Origin: Chiloscyllium plagiosum
Lineage: Eukaryota
Direction of reading: 5' to 3'
Assembly: GCF_004010195.1 (NCBI RefSeq)
Contig: NC_057718.1
Span: forward strand, 70,728,580 to 70,792,579
Length of the DNA: 64,000 bases
Part shown: in pieces, positions 1 to 12,114 of the stretch
How positions within the stretch are numbered: position 1 is the first letter of the stretch
Layout: every line of letters starts with the position of its first letter
Translations under genes and position numbers: made by a program
Notes under the pieces: model-generated
The model's database searches: none
What the model was told of the DNA's origin: nothing
Seen by the model: the letters and a program-made list of their open reading frames with translations, nothing else

Positions 1-362
1 GTATGCTTTCCTTTATTGGTCAAAATATTGAGTACAGGAGTTGGGAGGTCATGTTGCGGCTGTACAGGACATTGGTTAGGCCACTGTTGGAATATTGCAT
101 GCAATTCTGGTCTCCTTCCTATCAGAAAGATGTTGTGAAACTTGAAAGGGTTCAGAAAAGATTTACAAGGATGTTGCCAGGGTTTGTGGATCTGAGCTAC
201 AGGGAGAGGTTGAACAGACTGGGGCTGTTTTCCCTGAAGCGTCGGAGGCTGAGGGGCGACCTCATAGAGGTTTACAAAATTATGAGGGGCATGGATAGGA
301 TAAATAGACTAAGTCTTTTCCCTGGAATCAGGGAGTCCAGAACTAGAGGGCATAGGTTTAGA
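1..362 (+). mobile_element. CR1/HER1-type LINE, ORF2 C-terminal fragment
   Basis: Encodes LYRTLVRPLLEYCMQFWSP...LERVQKRFTRMLPG...RRLRGDLIEVYKI...TRGH, the typical CR1 RT C-terminus. Confidence 0.92.
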
Positions 363-732
363 ACCTATAACCACACTGCCTCAACATTGAATTCACCAGT
401 TTCAAAATCTCTCCAGCACCCCACCCCATCTTGGATCCAACCCTCCATCTCAGCATCAAGCTTACCTAGCTGTCCATCTTCCTTCCCATCTGTCCACTCC
501 ACCCTTCCCATTGAATTATCACAATCACCTCCTATCGCCATCCCACCTACTTTCCCCAGCCCCGCACCCATTTATTTCTCAGCTCCTTTCCCCCTCCCCA
601 GGCCTGATGAAGGGTCCTCCCCAAAACATTGACTCTCCTGCGGCTCAGATGCTGCCTAACCTGTGTGCTTTTCTCAGTGTGGCACTCTATCTATTCTGAC
701 CCTCCAGCATCTGCAGTTCTCACTATCTTCTA
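363..732 (+). mobile_element. Penelope-like element 3' end (family A) with degenerate hammerhead
   Basis: A GIY-YIG C-terminal-like stretch (LNIEFTSF), a pyrimidine-rich 3' region, CTGATGA-AGGG-tcct-CCCC-AAAAC at 604-627, then the family-A tail (gatgctgcc...ccagcatctgcagt..tcact). Confidence 0.7.
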
Positions 733-1575
733 GTTACTGCAATCCTTTATTTATGCTAACACACTACCTCCAATATGAGGGGCTCTTAGCTTATTAAGTA
801 ACCCAATATGTGGTGCCTTATCAAATGTCTTTTGAAACTCCACATATATTACATCCCCTTTCATTTTAAGACTATTCATATGAGTTCTAGACCATGCAGC
901 AAACTGAAACTAAAACAATCTCTTAGTACTTATGCAGTAAGCCCATTCAAAATCTTGAGATTTACTTCTAAAAAAAAAGGGCACAATTTACTCATCCTTT
1001 CATTGTTGGTCTCTCAGACAAAAGTGTTGTCTTTTGTCATGAACCTTTAATGCATTATCTCCAGTGCAAGTATGTTCTTTCTTAAGTAAGAAGAACAAAC
1101 AGATACAAGTATATTCCAGATATGCTGCCATAAAAAAACATCTGTAATTACAAGACTTCTTGAAATAAAGGCCAACATGCTATTTGTCTTCCTAACTGCT
1201 TTTTGTACCTGAAGGCTAACTTTTCAGCATGAATATATCCAAATCTCTCTAAACAGTGACATTGAAAGATTCATGCCTCTTAAGAAATGCCCTGCTTTTC
1301 TATTCTTATGACGATCTTTTTGCAGCCTTTGTGTTTTCCCCAAAACATACATTTCCATCTTGCGTTACATTGTTAGCAAACATAATTACATTACTTTGTT
1401 CAAGACACTCATATCAATTGCAAATAGTTAAAGTGCTAAGACTGATCCTTTTGGCATTCACAGCCTGCCAAATTTAAAATACCTAATTTAATCCTACTCT
1501 TTGATTCCTGACCTTTAACCAATCATCTATCCATGTGAAGATATTTTTCACCCAACTCCACAAAGTCTTCAAATA

Positions 1576-1805
1576 AGATGCTGGACATCTGAAACAAAAA
1601 CAGGAATTGCTTGTGAAACTCAGCAGGTCTAGCAGCATATCTGCAGAAAAAGCAGAACTAATGTTTCAAGTCTAGTACCTTTTCATCACAACAAGTCTAC
1701 AGAACAGTTCTGATGAAGAGTCACCGGACTCAAAACATTTACTCTGCTTTCTTCCCACAATCCTGCCAGACCTGCTAAGTTTTCCCAGCAATCTTTGTTT
1801 TTGTT
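1576..1805. mobile_element. PLE-derived fold-back element, family B
   Basis: Imperfect inverted arms (aaacaaaaacaggaattgc...agcaggtct / cagacctgct...gcaatctttgtttttgtt). Hammerhead-like CTGATGA-A-GAGTC-accg-GACTC-AAAAC starts at 1710. Confidence 0.7.
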
Positions 1806-1903
1806 CCTTGCGCCCTTATCATGTCTATTAATTGTTTGCGTGGCACCTAATCAAACAGCTTTTGGAAATCCCAATATTCCAATCCCTCCATATAGATCTT
1901 AGA

Positions 1904-2220
1904 CTAGATTACCTACAGTATGGAAACAGGCCCAACAAGTCCACACCGGTCCCCCAAAGAGTAACCCACCCAGATCCATTCCCCTGCCGTAAATTTACCC
2001 CTGACTAATGTGCCTAACAATATGAGCAATTTAGCATGGCCAATTCACCTGACCTGCACATCTTTGGATTGTGGGAGAAAACCAAAGCAACCAGAAGAAA
2101 CCCACGCAACACAGGGAAAATATGCAAACTCCATACAGACAGTCACCCAAGACAGGAATCGAACCTGGGTCCCTGGCACTGTGAGGCAGCAGAGCTAACC
2201 ACTGAGCTACCATACAGCCA
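1904..2220 (-). mobile_element. HE1-type V-SINE
   Basis: Reverse complement of the tRNA-derived head (tggttagc...ggttcgattcc), the V-domain (tgtctgtatggagtttgca) and the HER1-like tail. Confidence 0.9.
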
Positions 2221-2894
2221 CTAGTTTGTTAGAACCTCTTTGTTATATCCTCAAAAAACTGTAAGAAGTTTGTAAAACATAATTTCACTTTTTGAGAATG
2301 ATGTTGACTTTATCCAATCATGCAATGCTTCAGTGCATATTTAAGACTTGCTTAAAAATAGGTTCCAGCACTTACCCAAAGTTTAATATCAAGTTAACTG
2401 GTTTATAGTTCACTGTTCTTTTTCTATCTCATATCTTGAATAGTGGTGTAACATTTACTAACATCCAGCCTGATAAGACTAATCTAAAATATAGGGAATT
2501 TTGGAAAATTGTGTCCAGCCCATCTACTATCTCTGTTGCTACCTCTTCTAGAATTCTGGGATATAAGGATTTGTCAGATTCTAGCTTTTTAAGCTTGTTC
2601 AATGCTTTTTCTCTGACATTAATTCCTTCAGTGGCCTTGATTGCACTTTTATTTTGGTATGCAAGTTGTGTTTTCTCCTTTGAAGACAGACAAATTAGTT
2701 GTTCACTTTCTTTACTATTGCCGCATTCCCAATTACCATTTCTCCTGTTTCTGCTTATATGGGATCTATGTTTAGTTTAGCAACTCTCTTCCTATTTATA
2801 TATTGATAAAAATTCTTACAACCAATCTTTTTGTATTTATGGGTAATTTGCACTCATATATCAGTTTTCCCTTTCTAACCAATATTTTAGCTGT

Positions 2895-3183
2895 CCTTCT
2901 GAGGAAGGGTCACTCAACCTGAAATAGGTAAAAACAATGACTGCAGATGCTGGAAACCAGATTCTGGATTAGTGGTGCTGGAAGAGCACAGAAGTTCAGG
3001 CAGCATCCGAGGAGCAGTAAAATCAATGTTTCGGGCAAAAACTGCTCCTCGGATGCTGCCTGAACTGCTGTGCTCTTCCAGCACCACTAATCCAGACTCA
3101 ACCTGAAATGTTAACTCTGATTTCTTTACATAGATGATGCCAAACCTGCTGAGCAGTTCCAGCAATTTCTGTTTGCATTTTTT
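2895..3183 (+). mobile_element. PLE family-B tail interrupted by a family-A fold-back element (2926-3095)
   Basis: A 14-bp direct repeat actcaacctgaaat at 2912-2925 and 3096-3109 flanks an inverted-repeat insert. Removing it restores ctgaggaagggtcactcaacctgaaatgttaactctg, similar to 10982-11018. Confidence 0.85.
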
Positions 3184-3296
3184 CTATCCTTTCTTGGTTT
3201 CTAAAGCAATACAATTGCTACTATTCTTTGTAACATCATAAGCTTTTACTTTTAATTTAATAGTATCCTTAACTCCATTATAAGTAAGATATTTTA

Positions 3297-5293
3297 TTGG
3301 TATGTGACAAGAAATACCAAACATTGATTGGATTAGTCTGTTCACAAATGAAAGGGTGTCTGATAAATGGGAGGCTTTCAAGTGTAATAATGACAGTTCA
3401 GAGTCATTATGTTTCTGTTAGAGTAAAAGGTAAGGCTTGTAGGACTAGAGAACAATCGATGAATAAAGATATCGAGGTTCTAGTCAAGAATAAAAAATGA
3501 AGCATATATTAGATATAAACAATTGGGTTCAAATTAATTACTTGGACAGTATAAAGAGTGTGAGGTATTCTTCCGAGGGAGATCAGGAAGGCAAAAAAGA
3601 GCATATGAGATAGCCTTGGCACATAAGATTAAGGATAATCCAAAAAGATTCTACGACTACGTTAAGAGCAAGAGTACAACCGGACAGACAGTATGTCCCC
3701 TTAAAGATCAAAGACTTTATCTTTGCGTTGAACCTCAAGAGATGGGAGAGATATTACATGAACATTTTGCATCAGCTTTTATTATGGAAAAGAAATGGAG
3801 GCTAAAGAACTCAGGGAAATAAATGTTGATATTATGAAAACAATTAACACCACAGAAGAGGAAGTGCTGGAGGTCTTAAAATAGTTAAAGGAGGATAAAT
3901 CTCTAGGGCCTGATCTAGTGCACCCAGGACTTTGTGGGAGGTTAAGCAAGAAATTTCAGAGCACCTTGCAGAAATATTTGTATCATCTACAAATATGGGT
4001 GAGGTGCTGAATGACTGGAGAGTGGCTAATGCTGTGCCTGTGAACTGTAGACCTGAGAGTCTGACTTCAGTGGTGGGTAAGTAGTTGGAAGTGATTCCGA
4101 AAAATTGGACTTATATGCATTTGGAGATTAGGCATAGTCAGCATGGTTTTGTCCAAGGGAAATTGTGTCTCACAAACTTGAATCCTTTTTTGAGGAAGTA
4201 ACCAAGAAAATTGACAAGGGCAGAGTGATAGATATTGTTTACTTGGGTGTTAGTAAAGCCTTTGACAAGATTCTGCATGGTAGATTAATTAGTAAGTTAG
4301 ATCACATGGGATTCAAAGTGAGCTTGCTAAGTGGATACAAAATTGGCTCAAAGACAGGAGGTGGAGAATGATGATGGAGGTTTGTTTTTTGGACTGCAGA
4401 CCTGTGACCAGCGGTATTCCATAAGGATCAGTGATGGGTCCACTTTTATTCATCTTTTATATTCATCTATTATTTAGATGAGAAGATAGAAAGCGGCACA
4501 GTATGGGCGGCACGGTGGCACAGTGCTGCCTCAGAGCGCCAGAGACCCGGGTTCAATTCCCGACTCAGGCGACTGACTGTGTGGAGTTTGCACATTCTCC
4601 CCGTGTCTGTGTGGGTTTCCTCTGGGTGCTCCGGTTTCCTCCCACAGTCGATAAATGTGTAGGTTAGGTGTATTGGTCATGCTAAATTGCCTGTAGTGTT
4701 AGGTGCAGGGGTAAATGTAGGGGAATGGGTCTGGATGGGTGCGCTTTGGTGGGTCGGTGTGGACTTGTTGGGCCGAAGGGCCTGTTTCCACACTGTAAGT
4801 AATCTAATCTAATCTAAAAAAGCATGGTTAGTAGGTTTGTGGATGGCACCAAGATTGGTGATATAATGGACATTGAAAAAGACTTTTTTTTTAGAGCAGA
4901 GGAGTCTGAGGGTGGATCTTTTAGAAGTGTGTGAGATCATGAGAGGCATGGATAGGGTGAATGCACTCAGTCTTTTTCCCCAGAGTTGAGGCATCACAGA
5001 CCAGTGCAGGCATCAGTTTAAGGTTAGAGGGGAATGAATAAATGGGAACATGACGGACAACTCTTTTAACATAGAGGGTGGTACACGTATGGAATGTGCT
5101 GCAATAAGAGGTTGAGGTGGTACATTAACAACATTTTAAAGACATTTGGATAAATACATGAATAGGAAAGATTTAGAAGATATGGGCCAAGTGAAGGGAA
5201 ATGGGGTTAGTGTGGATGGACATTTTGGTTGGCATGGACCAGTTTGCACTGAAGGACCTGTCTCTATGTTGGAGGACTCTATGGCTCTATGAT
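3297..5293 (+). mobile_element. Decayed CR1 LINE ORF2 with nested HE1 SINE (about 4504-4816)
   Basis: Fragments KIKDNPKRFYDYVK and FFEEVTKKIDKGRVIDIVYL..SKAFDK, and a 3' tail (ctctatg)n. The HE1 copy ends in (taatc)n. Confidence 0.88.
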
Positions 5294-5713
5294 TGTTAAA
5301 CTCTATAAAGTGGAAGGGGAGTAGACTACCACCATAAAGTGATATATGAAGAACAGAAGCAAATGGAATTGAGAAAAGAACAAGAATACTAACATGTAGT
5401 CAGAGAATATACTTGTAAACTATGCAGTCAAGTACCTGAAAGTTCCTGCAAAAGTCACCTTATTAAACTACCATGGTGCACAGCTACACAGAGATTTTCA
5501 TGGGCCACACATTAAAATAAAACATCTGTGGCCTCCAATCAGCATTTATTTTTACATGGTCATGCATTACCAAATCCAGATCAGCCACACAAAACAGAGA
5601 ACATTTTAGAAGGAGGAGAGAAAATGCAAGCTGGCAGAGTAAGGAGTAATGGCTCTGAATAATGAAAGTTTCTAGTTTATCAAAATACATTTGCCACACA
5701 AGTTTGACATTAC

Positions 5714-5762
5714 CTTTAAAAGTTCCACAGGCGGAGGAGTAGGAGGTACAATGGCAATATTA
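5714..5762 (-). CDS. SYTL3: SYTL3 coding exon 5 (proline-rich VPPTPPP)
   Basis: Acceptor gttttctctttcag, donor gtaatg, 49 nt, phase 2 to phase 0. Encodes (S)NIAIVPPTPPPVELLK, resembling SYTL3 SKISVVPPTPPPV as recalled. Confidence 0.88.
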
Positions 5763-6531
5763 CTGAAAGAGAAAACATAGTCAGATTTTCAGTTCTCTAA
5801 CAATATTACAAAGCTACCTTATTGGCATAATACAATTTTAATAGAATTTTATAAATCATATCCCTTATTCAGTCTTTACTAATTCTGTATGTTGTTGGAA
5901 AATTTGCAGCCAACTCTGATAATGAATGGGTTTCAATGTGATTCATCCAAATTTGTTCTCATCAAATATTATAAATTCTTGGCGTGGTACATTAATTAAA
6001 AATGTAGTCAGATGACAGAACTTTTTGACACAAATAGACTATTTAACTTCAATTTTAGGAAAAGGCTGACATTTTCTAGCAAACTAGATGTTAGAAGTGA
6101 GTAATTCAATGTCAATATTTAACTGTTGTATTTGACATCACTTGCACTCACTCACCGGTGTTTCTATTTTGTTAGATCTTCCCTGAAGCTACCCTGCTTG
6201 GAATTTCACTTTTCCCAACCTCACACTGAAAGACTACATTAAAGGAAGAGAGAACAAAGATGTTCTAGATATGAGACAAAGCAGGGAATTAGCCAACAGC
6301 AAATTCAGTGAAAAAATTCAATATAACACAAAATATCAGAAAATGGATGATATCAACTTATTGCTGTTTGACATTTGTGGTTCACCAGCATATTCTGAAT
6401 GATGATTAAGCATGAACAATAAATTCTGATCTTATCCTCCATATCTCAAGGATAAATTAAAACAAAACAAAACTAGCTATCAAAATAGAACTTTAAAGGA
6501 GCTTTTTGTTTAGTTTCGTTAAATCTGGGTC

Positions 6532-6773
6532 AAGATTAGAGTGGTGCTGGAAAAGCACACCAGGTCAGGCAGCATCTGAGGAGCAGGAAAATCGATGTTT
6601 CAAGCAAAAGCCCTTCATCGGGAATGAGGCAGGGAGCCTCCGGAGTGGCGGCTCCTGATGAAGGGCTTTTGCCCGAAAAGTCAATTTTCCTGCTCCTCAG
6701 ATGTGGCCTGACCTGCTGTGCTTTTCCAGCACCACTCTAATCTAGATTCTGATCTGCAGTCCTCACTTTCGCC
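6532..6773. mobile_element. PLE family-A fold-back element with hammerhead core
   Basis: 17-bp TSD ttcgttaaatctgggtc (6515-6531, 6774-6790), inverted arms, and CTGATGA-A-GGGC-tttt-GCCC-GAAA at 6655-6678. Confidence 0.88.
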
Positions 6774-6830
6774 TTCGTTAAATCTGGGTCGAGTAAACAA
6801 TCATTGCTAGGTCAAAGTGTGAATTTGCTA

Positions 6831-7019
6831 GAAGAAAGTGAGGACTGCAGATGCTGGAGATCAGAGCTGAAAATGTGTTGCTGGAAAAGCAAAGCGCAGC
6901 AGGTCAGGCAGCATCCAAGGAGCAGGAGAATCGACATTTTGGGCATGCCCGAAACGTCGATTCTCCTGCTCCTTAGATGCTGCCTGACCTGCTGCGCTTT
7001 TCCAGCAACACATTTTCAG
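6831..7019. mobile_element. PLE family-A fold-back element
   Basis: 18-bp TSD caaagtgtgaatttgcta (6813-6830, 7020-7037). The arms invert about gggcatgccc (6941-6950). Confidence 0.88.
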
Positions 7020-7204
7020 CAAAGTGTGAATTTGCTAAAGCTAGAGAATGTATTTATCTATTCCTCTACTATGAAGCCAATCTCGCTCAGCACTTTCAAC
7101 ATATATTATATTCAAGTCAGTGTGGTAGAACTGTGGCTTAGATGATAGCACAAAATGAGCGATAATGCAGCAAAAGTTTGATATTCAGTTCCAATTGCGA
7201 TTTT

Positions 7205-9815
7205 TGTACATTTGTACATTTGGATGAGAATGTACAAGGCATTTTTAGTATGTTTGCAGATGACACTAAAGTAGGCGGTATTATGCACAGTAGAAAGGTT
7301 ATCAGAATTTGCAGCAGGACTATGACCAGCTGGGGAAGTGCACCAAGAAATGGCAAATGGAGTTTAATATAGATAGGTGTGAGATCTTGCATTTTGGAAA
7401 GTCAAATCAAGGGAGAAATTTCATGGTGAATGGTAGGGTCTTAAGGAGTGTAGTGGAACAGGGGGATCTTGGAGTTCAGGTGCACAGTTCTCTGAAACTG
7501 GAGTCACAGGTAGACAGGGCAGTGAAGGCAGCTTCTGGCACATGAACCTTCATCATTCAGGGCATTGAGTACAGAAGTTGAAAAATTATGTTGCAGTTGT
7601 ACAGGATATTGGTGAGGCCACACTTGGAGTATTGTGTTCAGTTTTGGTTACCTTGTTGTAGGAAGGATGTTATTAAACTGGAAAGAGTGCAAAGAAATTC
7701 ACAAGAATGTTGCCAGGACTCAACAGTCTGAGTTATAGAAGAGGTTGGACAAGCTAGGTATTTTTTTCTTTAGAGTGTAGGAGACAGAGGGGGAATCTTA
7801 CAGAAGTGTATAAGATCATAAGAGGCATGGATAGGGTGAATGCGCTCAGTCTTTTTTACAGGGTTTGGGAATTGAGGATGAGAGGGCATCAATTTAAGGT
7901 TAGAGGGGAAAGAATAAAAAGGGAACATGAGGAGCAACTTTTTTTTACACAGAAGGTGGTATACATATGGAATGAATTGCCAGTGGAAGTTGTTGAGGCA
8001 GGTACATTAACAATATTGAAAAGGAATTTGGACAATACATGGATAGGAATGGTTTAGAAGGATAGTCCTGCAAATTCTTTGTGACATCCTCTCCAATTTC
8101 CTTCCCACCTACTTTTGTTTCATCCACGTAGAGTCCTACAGCGCAGAAACAGGCCCTTCGGCCCAAACTGGTTCATGCTGACCAAAATATCCATCCACAC
8201 TAAGCCCATTTCCTGTACTTGTCCCATATCCTTTTAAACCTTTCCTATCAAAATGTAATACCTCACATTTATCCAAATTAAACTCCATTTGCCACTCTTC
8301 AGCCCAACTGATCCAATTGATCATAATGTTAGATAATCTTCTTCACTGTCCAATCTTGGTGTCAACCACAAACTTATTAACAATGTTTTCCACATTCTCA
8401 TCTAGATCATTTATATAAATTACAAATAAAAGTGGACCCAGCACTGATCCCTGTGGAACACTGCTGGTCACAGGTCTCCAGTCCGAAAAACAACTCTCTA
8501 CCCTGTCTCTTGTCATTAAGCCAATTTTGTATCCAATTGGCAAGCTCACCCTGAATCCCATGTGATATAACTTTACTAATTAATCTATCATGTAGAACAT
8601 GTCAACGGCTTTACTAAAGTCCAGGTAAACGATGTCTACCACTCTGCCTTCATCAGTCTTCTTGGTTACTTCCTCAAAAGAAAACTCAATCAAGGTGTTG
8701 GGGTGTTGAAAAAATATTAAGGTAGATAAGACTCCAGAGTCTAATGGTATCTTTAAGAAAAATCATCAAGATCTATCATGATAGGCTGCTCCAGAAGATT
8801 AAATCACAATGGGATCCATGCAGAATTGGTAAGTTGGTACAAAATTGGCTTGATAACAGAAGACAGAGTGTAGCTGTGGAAGCATGTTTTTCTGACTGGT
8901 GACCAGAGATGTTCTGCAAGAATCACTGCTGGGACCATTGTTGTTTTAATTTATGTAAATAATTTGAATGAAATTGTAGGTGGCCTGATCAGTAAGTTTA
9001 TAGATGGCATGAAAATTGGTGGAACTGTGGACAGTACAGAAGGTTGTCAAAGGATAAAGCAGGACATAGAACACTTGAAAAGCTGGGGGAAGAAATGGCA
9101 GATGGAACTTAATCCAGACAAGTGTAAGGTGATAGACTTTGAGCAGTCAAATGTAAGAGGAATGTATATAGTAAATGGCAGAACCCTCAGGAGCATTGAT
9201 ATACAGAGGGATCTTGAGGTGCAAGTCCATAGTTCCCTCAAAGTAGCAACACAACTGGATAAGGTGGCACAGAAGGGGTATGGCATGCTAGCCTTCATCA
9301 GTTGGGGCACTGAATATTAAAGTTGGCAAGTCATGTTGCAGTTGCATAAAACTTTAGTGAGGTCACATTTGGAGTACTGGATGAGGTTTCAGTCACCACA
9401 CTCTAGGAAGGATGTGGAGGCTTTGGAGAGAATGCAAAAAAGGTTTACCTGGATGTTGCCTGGATATTAACTATAAGGAGAAGTTAAATAAATTTGGATT
9501 GTTTTCATAGAGCATCTGAGGCTACGGGGCAATCTGGGAAAAGTATATAAAATCATGAGAGGCATGAATAGGATGGATAGCCAGAGTCTTTCTCTCACAA
9601 TGGAAATGTCAAATACTAGGGGACATAGGTTTAAGGTGAGAGGAGGCGAGTTTAAAGGAGATATTGGAGGTTGGTAACAGACTGCCAGGAGATGTAGTAA
9701 AAGCAGATGCCACAGCAATATTTAAGAGGCATTTAGACAGACACATGAACATGCAGTGAACAGAGGGCAGGCAGGCAGAATTAATTTAGAATGGCATCAT
9801 GGTTGGCAGAGACTA
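7205..9815. mobile_element. Cluster of decayed CR1 RT fragments (+, -, +)
   Basis: Motifs FADDTK, WQMEFNx[17 protein letters not shown] and RGMDRV...RGH occur in several ORF fragments on both strands. Confidence 0.88.
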
Positions 9816-10307
9816 ATACCAAATTTTTTCAAATGCTCCCTTTCACGACTTGCCTGATTTGCGAACATTTTTGGGAAATGAATTGTGTCCTCTTTTGTGA
9901 AGACAGAAACATTTAATTTTTATGCCATTACTTTGTTCCCCATTATAATTTCCCCCATTTATTACTGTAAAAGACCTACATGTCTTCACTAATCTTTTGC
10001 TCTTCACATATTTAGAGAAGATTTTACAGTCAGTTTTATGCTCCTTGCAGGTTCATTTTCATACTGTATTTTCCTTCTCTTGATCAACCTTTCTGTCCTC
10101 TTTTGTTGAATTCTAAATTGCTCCCAGTCCTCAGGCTTGCTGCTTTTTCTGGCAATGCATGTCAGAAAATAGAGGTCTGCAACACAGAAAATGTCCTTTG
10201 GACCACTGTGTCTATGCTGACCAAAAACACACACCTAACTATTCCAACAAGTGCACATTTTAATTCCTCTTAAAAATTATGAGGGTTTCTGCTTTGACTA
10301 CCTTTAT

Positions 10308-10520
10308 TAGGCGAGAGAAAGTGAGGGCTGCAGATGCTGGAGATCAGAGCTGAAAATGTGTTGCTGGAAAAGCGCAGCAGATCAGGCAGCATCCAAGGAA
10401 CAGGAGAATCGACGTTTCGGGCATAAGCCCTTCTCCTGATGAAAGGCTTTTGCTCGAAATGTTGATTTTTCTGCTCCTCGGCTGCTGCCTGACCTGCTTT
10501 GCTTTTCAAGCACCAAAATC
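10308..10520. mobile_element. PLE family-A fold-back element, apparently chimeric
   Basis: The left arm is the aaaatgtgttgctgg/gggcataagccc subtype and the right arm the ggcttttgctc/gcacca subtype. CTGATGA lies near 10436. No TSD is evident. Confidence 0.75.
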
Positions 10521-10944
10521 TCTCTTTGGATCTAATACTATCCCTAATTTCTTTTGTGTGCTATAATTGAGCAACCTTTCCTGTTTAATTTTTTTGCATC
10601 AGAAAAGAATGGATAATTGCAGTAATTCATGCTTAATGTGCTTAAACATTAGTTATTGCCTATCCACTGCCAAAGCTTTTTACTAAGGTTTTATGGTTAT
10701 CCATAAGTTAAAGCGGAATCTAATCTTTCAAATGTTTCATTGTTAACTATCCAGATAAGTGAGTTGGAACCCTTCGATATCTCTGACTTTAGCTCAGAGT
10801 TAAAGACATTTTCAAAGGGTTCTACCTGCCAGGTAATTGTCCATTGAAAGTTTACATTTTCTGAGAAATTCCCAGGAAGTAAATCCATCAGGATTTTGAG
10901 GGGACACATGGTATTTCTTTCAAGATAAATGAAAACTGAAAGAA

Positions 10945-11082
10945 CTGAGCATGCTGTAAATCAGAAACATAAACAGAAATTCTGAGGAAGGGTAACTGGA
11001 CTTGAAATATTAACTCTGATTTCTCTTCACATATGCTGCCAATCCTGCTAAGCTTTTCAGAAATTTCTGTTTTTATTTCTTT
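10945..11082 (+). mobile_element. PLE family-B tail with degenerate hammerhead
   Basis: ctgaggaagggtaactggacttgaaatattaactctg at 10982-11018, followed by the family-B tail. Confidence 0.7.
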
Positions 11083-12114
11083 CGAGGTGTTGCTCTCGAA
11101 CATGAGGGAAAAATACTGTAATATACAACCTCTACTATGGAATCTCACTCATGCATTCTCAAATGATCAAGACTCCAACTTTAAAAATGATCACATGAAC
11201 TTCCAACAATAGCCAGCTTCCCACTAAACTCTAATTCCTTTTGACCAGTGAAGAGGAAATCCAAAACAGTTCTGAACCAATAGAAGGGATTTCGTTTATG
11301 AAGTTGTGCGGGTATTTTAAAGTTAAGGGAAGGCATTTAAGTGCATAAAATGTAAGAATTGAATCAGTTGTTCTTTGCAAATCAACTGCTTCATGAATGA
11401 AGACAAAAATGAATTGTGACTATGGTGGTCGATTATTTTACAAAATAATCTCAGGAGTCTTGAGAAACAAGTCAACAATCATTTATTGAATCAACGTTGG
11501 GATAATTCACCCCATAAAAGATTCCAAGGTGGGGTGGTGCCTTAATTTTAGATAACAAATCTGGGCAAGTGGTTGAAGTATCAGTGCAGAAGCATTTTGT
11601 TGAGGGTAATCATAACTTCATTTAATTCAAGATATTTATGGAAAAGAACAAAAATGGGCCTGCAATCAAAGTTGTCAAAAGGGGGAAGATTGATTTTCAC
11701 AAGATCAGTTATGATTTGGCTAGGGTGGATTGGGAACAAATACTTTCAGGTAAATCTGTTTCAGAACAGTAGGATGCACTGAGAAAGGAAATATGGAAAG
11801 TATAGGGCCAACATATTCCAATAAAGACCATTAAATTCTGTGAACCTGAGATATTGAATAACTTACAGTATTAGTTTAAGAGAAAAAGGGAGGTTGATGG
11901 CAGGTACTCAGGGTTTAAAGCAGCAGAAGCCCTAGAGAAGTATAAAATGTTTCCAAGGGACCTTAAAATTTTAAGTCATTTTCCAAGTACATTAAGGGTA
12001 AAAGTCTATTATGGAAAAGAGTAAGACCCATTCAGGACCATTTTAGTAATTCATGCATGGAGCAGGCTACTGACAAAATGCAGATAAACAGGATTAGTGT
12101 TTAATCTGCACAGA

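Noticed and set aside
1..5700. Further SYTL3 exons (linker and C2 domains)
   Set aside because: No matching spliceable segment was found by eye; they probably lie beyond the left edge of the window.
6532..7019. Fold-back elements as DNA-transposon MITEs or pre-miRNAs
   Set aside because: Asymmetric arms, long variable TSDs and identity to PLE 3' tails point to retrotransposition; there is no evidence for miRNA processing.
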